A stretch of DNA of 25,351 nt from a virus (lineage: Duplodnaviria > Caudoviricetes): positions 1-25,351 of the IMG/VR virus record IMGVR_UViG_3300006193_000049; one strand, 5' to 3'. This document shows, piece after piece, positions 24,187 through 25,351 of this stretch; position 1 is the first letter of the stretch, and each line of letters begins with the position of its first letter. The position numbers were made by a program, and so were the translations under genes. The notes beneath the pieces are model-generated. The model was given only the letters and a program-made list of their open reading frames with translations. It ran no database searches and was not told the DNA's origin.

Positions 24187-24346
24187 TTTAGTTAAAATCG
24201 ATAATAGAGTAGGGCAGATACTTAGAATCGTCCTCACACATTCTAGCAAAATAGCAACAGTTGAGTTTTTTGATGCAAGTCGAAAGAAAATTGATCTCAA
24301 CGAGTATGCTTGGGATAAGGAAAAAAAAGTTTGGAAAAAAACTTGA
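24176..24346 (+). CDS. Small hypothetical protein, 56 aa (MKGDLVKIDNRVGQILRIV...), not in the ORF track
   Basis: Translated by hand. Overlaps the upstream stop and has the same GDLV start as the 22.5-23.1 kb genes. Confidence 0.6.
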   Translation: MKGDLVKIDNRVGQILRIVLTHSSKIATVEFFDASRKKIDLNEYAWDKEKKVWKKT

Positions 24347-24371
24347 CAAGACATCCTCAACATGTTACATT
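24343..24371 (+). promoter_or_regulatory. Early sigma70-type promoter cassette 1
   Basis: TTGACA-17-TACATT with extended -10 TG and A-tracts upstream. Confidence 0.8.
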
Positions 24372-24401
24372 ATATATATGAGAACAAACATTGGAGGATA
24401 A

Positions 24402-24896
24402 ATGGTTGATCAAATTTATTACAGCATGTGGGGCAGTCAAAGTGAAGAACACAAAGACTACTTCGAAACAATAGGGACAATTGCCAACTGGATTGGCTAT
24501 GCACTGATTGGTCCGAGACACAAACCTTACACGACAGAGATTGTGCCACTGACTAACATAGCAGTGCTACAAACAAAGGAAAAGTTTGGCTCACCTAGAG
24601 TCTACGTCCACTTCAGCGAAGAAACACACTTGCAAGATGCAAGACATTATAGACATGTGTATAAGACAGCAATCAAACTGTTTCCCCAATACGAGAAATC
24701 AATAAGAGATGGAATGGATTACTCAACTTACCTATTTGATACCGAAGAGCATCTAAGTAAATACATGACTACTCAAATAGAGTGGGCGGAGAGAGTAAAA
24801 GAGGCTGGCGATGTCAAAGACGATTGGTTCGAAGTAAAAATGCAGTCAATTAGAGAACAGGAATCTTTTATAAAAAAAGTTTGCCTTTTTACTTGA
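24402..24896 (+). CDS. Hypothetical phage protein with a QxKEKFGxxRxY motif
   Basis: SD GGAGG; QTKEKFGSPRVY is a motif I recall from uncharacterised phage proteins. Confidence 0.75.
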   Translation: MVDQIYYSMWGSQSEEHKDYFETIGTIANWIGYALIGPRHKPYTTEIVPLTNIAVLQTKEKFGSPRVYVHFSEETHLQDARHYRHVYKTAIKLFPQYEKSIRDGMDYSTYLFDTEEHLSKYMTTQIEWAERVKEAGDVKDDWFEVKMQSIREQESFIKKVCLFT

Positions 24897-24921
24897 CAGT
24901 TCATCTCCAACATGTTATATT
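24893..24921 (+). promoter_or_regulatory. Early sigma70-type promoter cassette 2
   Basis: TTGACA-17-TATATT with extended -10 TG. Confidence 0.82.
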
Positions 24922-24978
24922 ATAAACATAAGAAAGGATGAATGAGTGAGAAAGAATAAAAAAACTTTAACTTTTTAC

Positions 24979-25007
24979 TTGACAAGCAATCCAAAACATG
25001 TTATATT
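24979..25007 (+). promoter_or_regulatory. Early sigma70-type promoter cassette 3
   Basis: TTGACA-17-TATATT with extended -10 TG. Confidence 0.82.
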
Positions 25008-25035
25008 ATAAGTATAACAAATGAGGAAATCAAAA

Positions 25036-25113
25036 ATGGAACTACTAGTTGGAACTACTCTATTCGTCATCGCCTTTACTTGGCTTTGGTATTGGATAGA
25101 TGAGAGAATTTAA
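25036..25113 (+). CDS. 25-aa hydrophobic mini-protein (MELLVGTTLFVIAFTWLWYWIDERI)
   Basis: SD GAGGA 8 nt upstream; sits between promoter cassettes 3 and 4; one membrane-span-like segment. Confidence 0.55.
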   Translation: MELLVGTTLFVIAFTWLWYWIDERI

Positions 25114-25132
25114 AAAAACTTTAAAAAAATAC

Positions 25133-25161
25133 TTGACAAGGTATCAAAACTATGTTATATT
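25133..25161 (+). promoter_or_regulatory. Early sigma70-type promoter cassette 4
   Basis: TTGACA-17-TATATT with extended -10 TG and A-tracts upstream. Confidence 0.82.
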
Positions 25162-25192
25162 ATAATAGTCAAACAATATTCTGGGAGGAATC

Positions 25193-25351
25193 ATGACAAA
25201 CACAAACAACACAAACACTATGACCGTATATACCGGAACTTTCGTAACACAACGCGGAGAACAACGAACAATGAACTTTGTTCGCATCTCTGAAGCACCA
25301 TCTGGGGTTTTCCCAATGACGTTACGTGAACGAAACCTGAAAGCTGGTTAT
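25193..25351 (+). CDS. Hypothetical protein, 3'-truncated (possible WYL_2/DUF2693-like SH3 fold)
   Basis: SD GGGAGG. MTNTNNTNTMTVYTGTFVTQRGEQRTMNFVR... is open to the window end. The F..xxG.xRTM pattern is only loosely suggestive. Confidence 0.6.
   Translation, partial: MTNTNNTNTMTVYTGTFVTQRGEQRTMNFVRISEAPSGVFPMTLRERNLKAGY

Noticed and set aside
444-24363. Minus-strand and alternate-frame ORFs in the track (e.g. 975-1385, 9615-10124, 12287-12733, 14435-14929, 22066-22446, 24160-24363)
   Set aside because: They overlap well-supported + strand genes and show no recognisable motifs, so they are shadow ORFs.
24320-25165. CRISPR-like array
   Set aside because: The repeats are imperfect, spaced 550, 86 and 154 nt apart, and fully explained as promoters.
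1-25351. Stop-codon reassignment
   Set aside because: Genes are full length and tightly packed in the standard code; TAA, TGA and TAG all end credible genes.
1-25351. tRNA genes, introns, inteins, homing endonucleases
   Set aside because: Intergenic gaps are short and explained by terminators and promoters; no such motifs were seen by eye.

Overview
Segment of a large T4-like (contractile-tailed, gp23-type capsid) dsDNA phage genome. All credible genes are on the + strand in the standard code. 1-20078 is the virion morphogenesis block: LamG protein (5'-truncated), scaffold, major capsid protein, small charged protein, neck/tail-completion proteins, tail sheath, two tail-tube paralogs, Zn-ribbon tail/baseplate assembly protein plus a small overlapping ORF, tape measure, duplicated-domain baseplate protein, LysM-like wedge protein and a large hub-like protein. 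It is punctuated by intrinsic terminators and a recurring ACTA(T/A)TTA motif that looks like the late promoter. From ~21180 the logic switches to host sigma70-type promoters, with an operon of a minimal family A DNA polymerase, three small 'G(D/E)L' beta-barrel-like proteins and a divergent tubulin/FtsZ-like protein. An array of four near-identical early promoter cassettes carrying small genes follows. Main leads: a likely programmed +1 frameshift (GAC-TTT-TTT-TGG) just upstream of the tape measure; the minimal PolA/degenerate tubulin operon next to a ~91% AT island; and the repeated promoter cassettes, two of which supply the upstream gene's stop codon. All assignments come from motif recognition and synteny by eye; no database searches were run.
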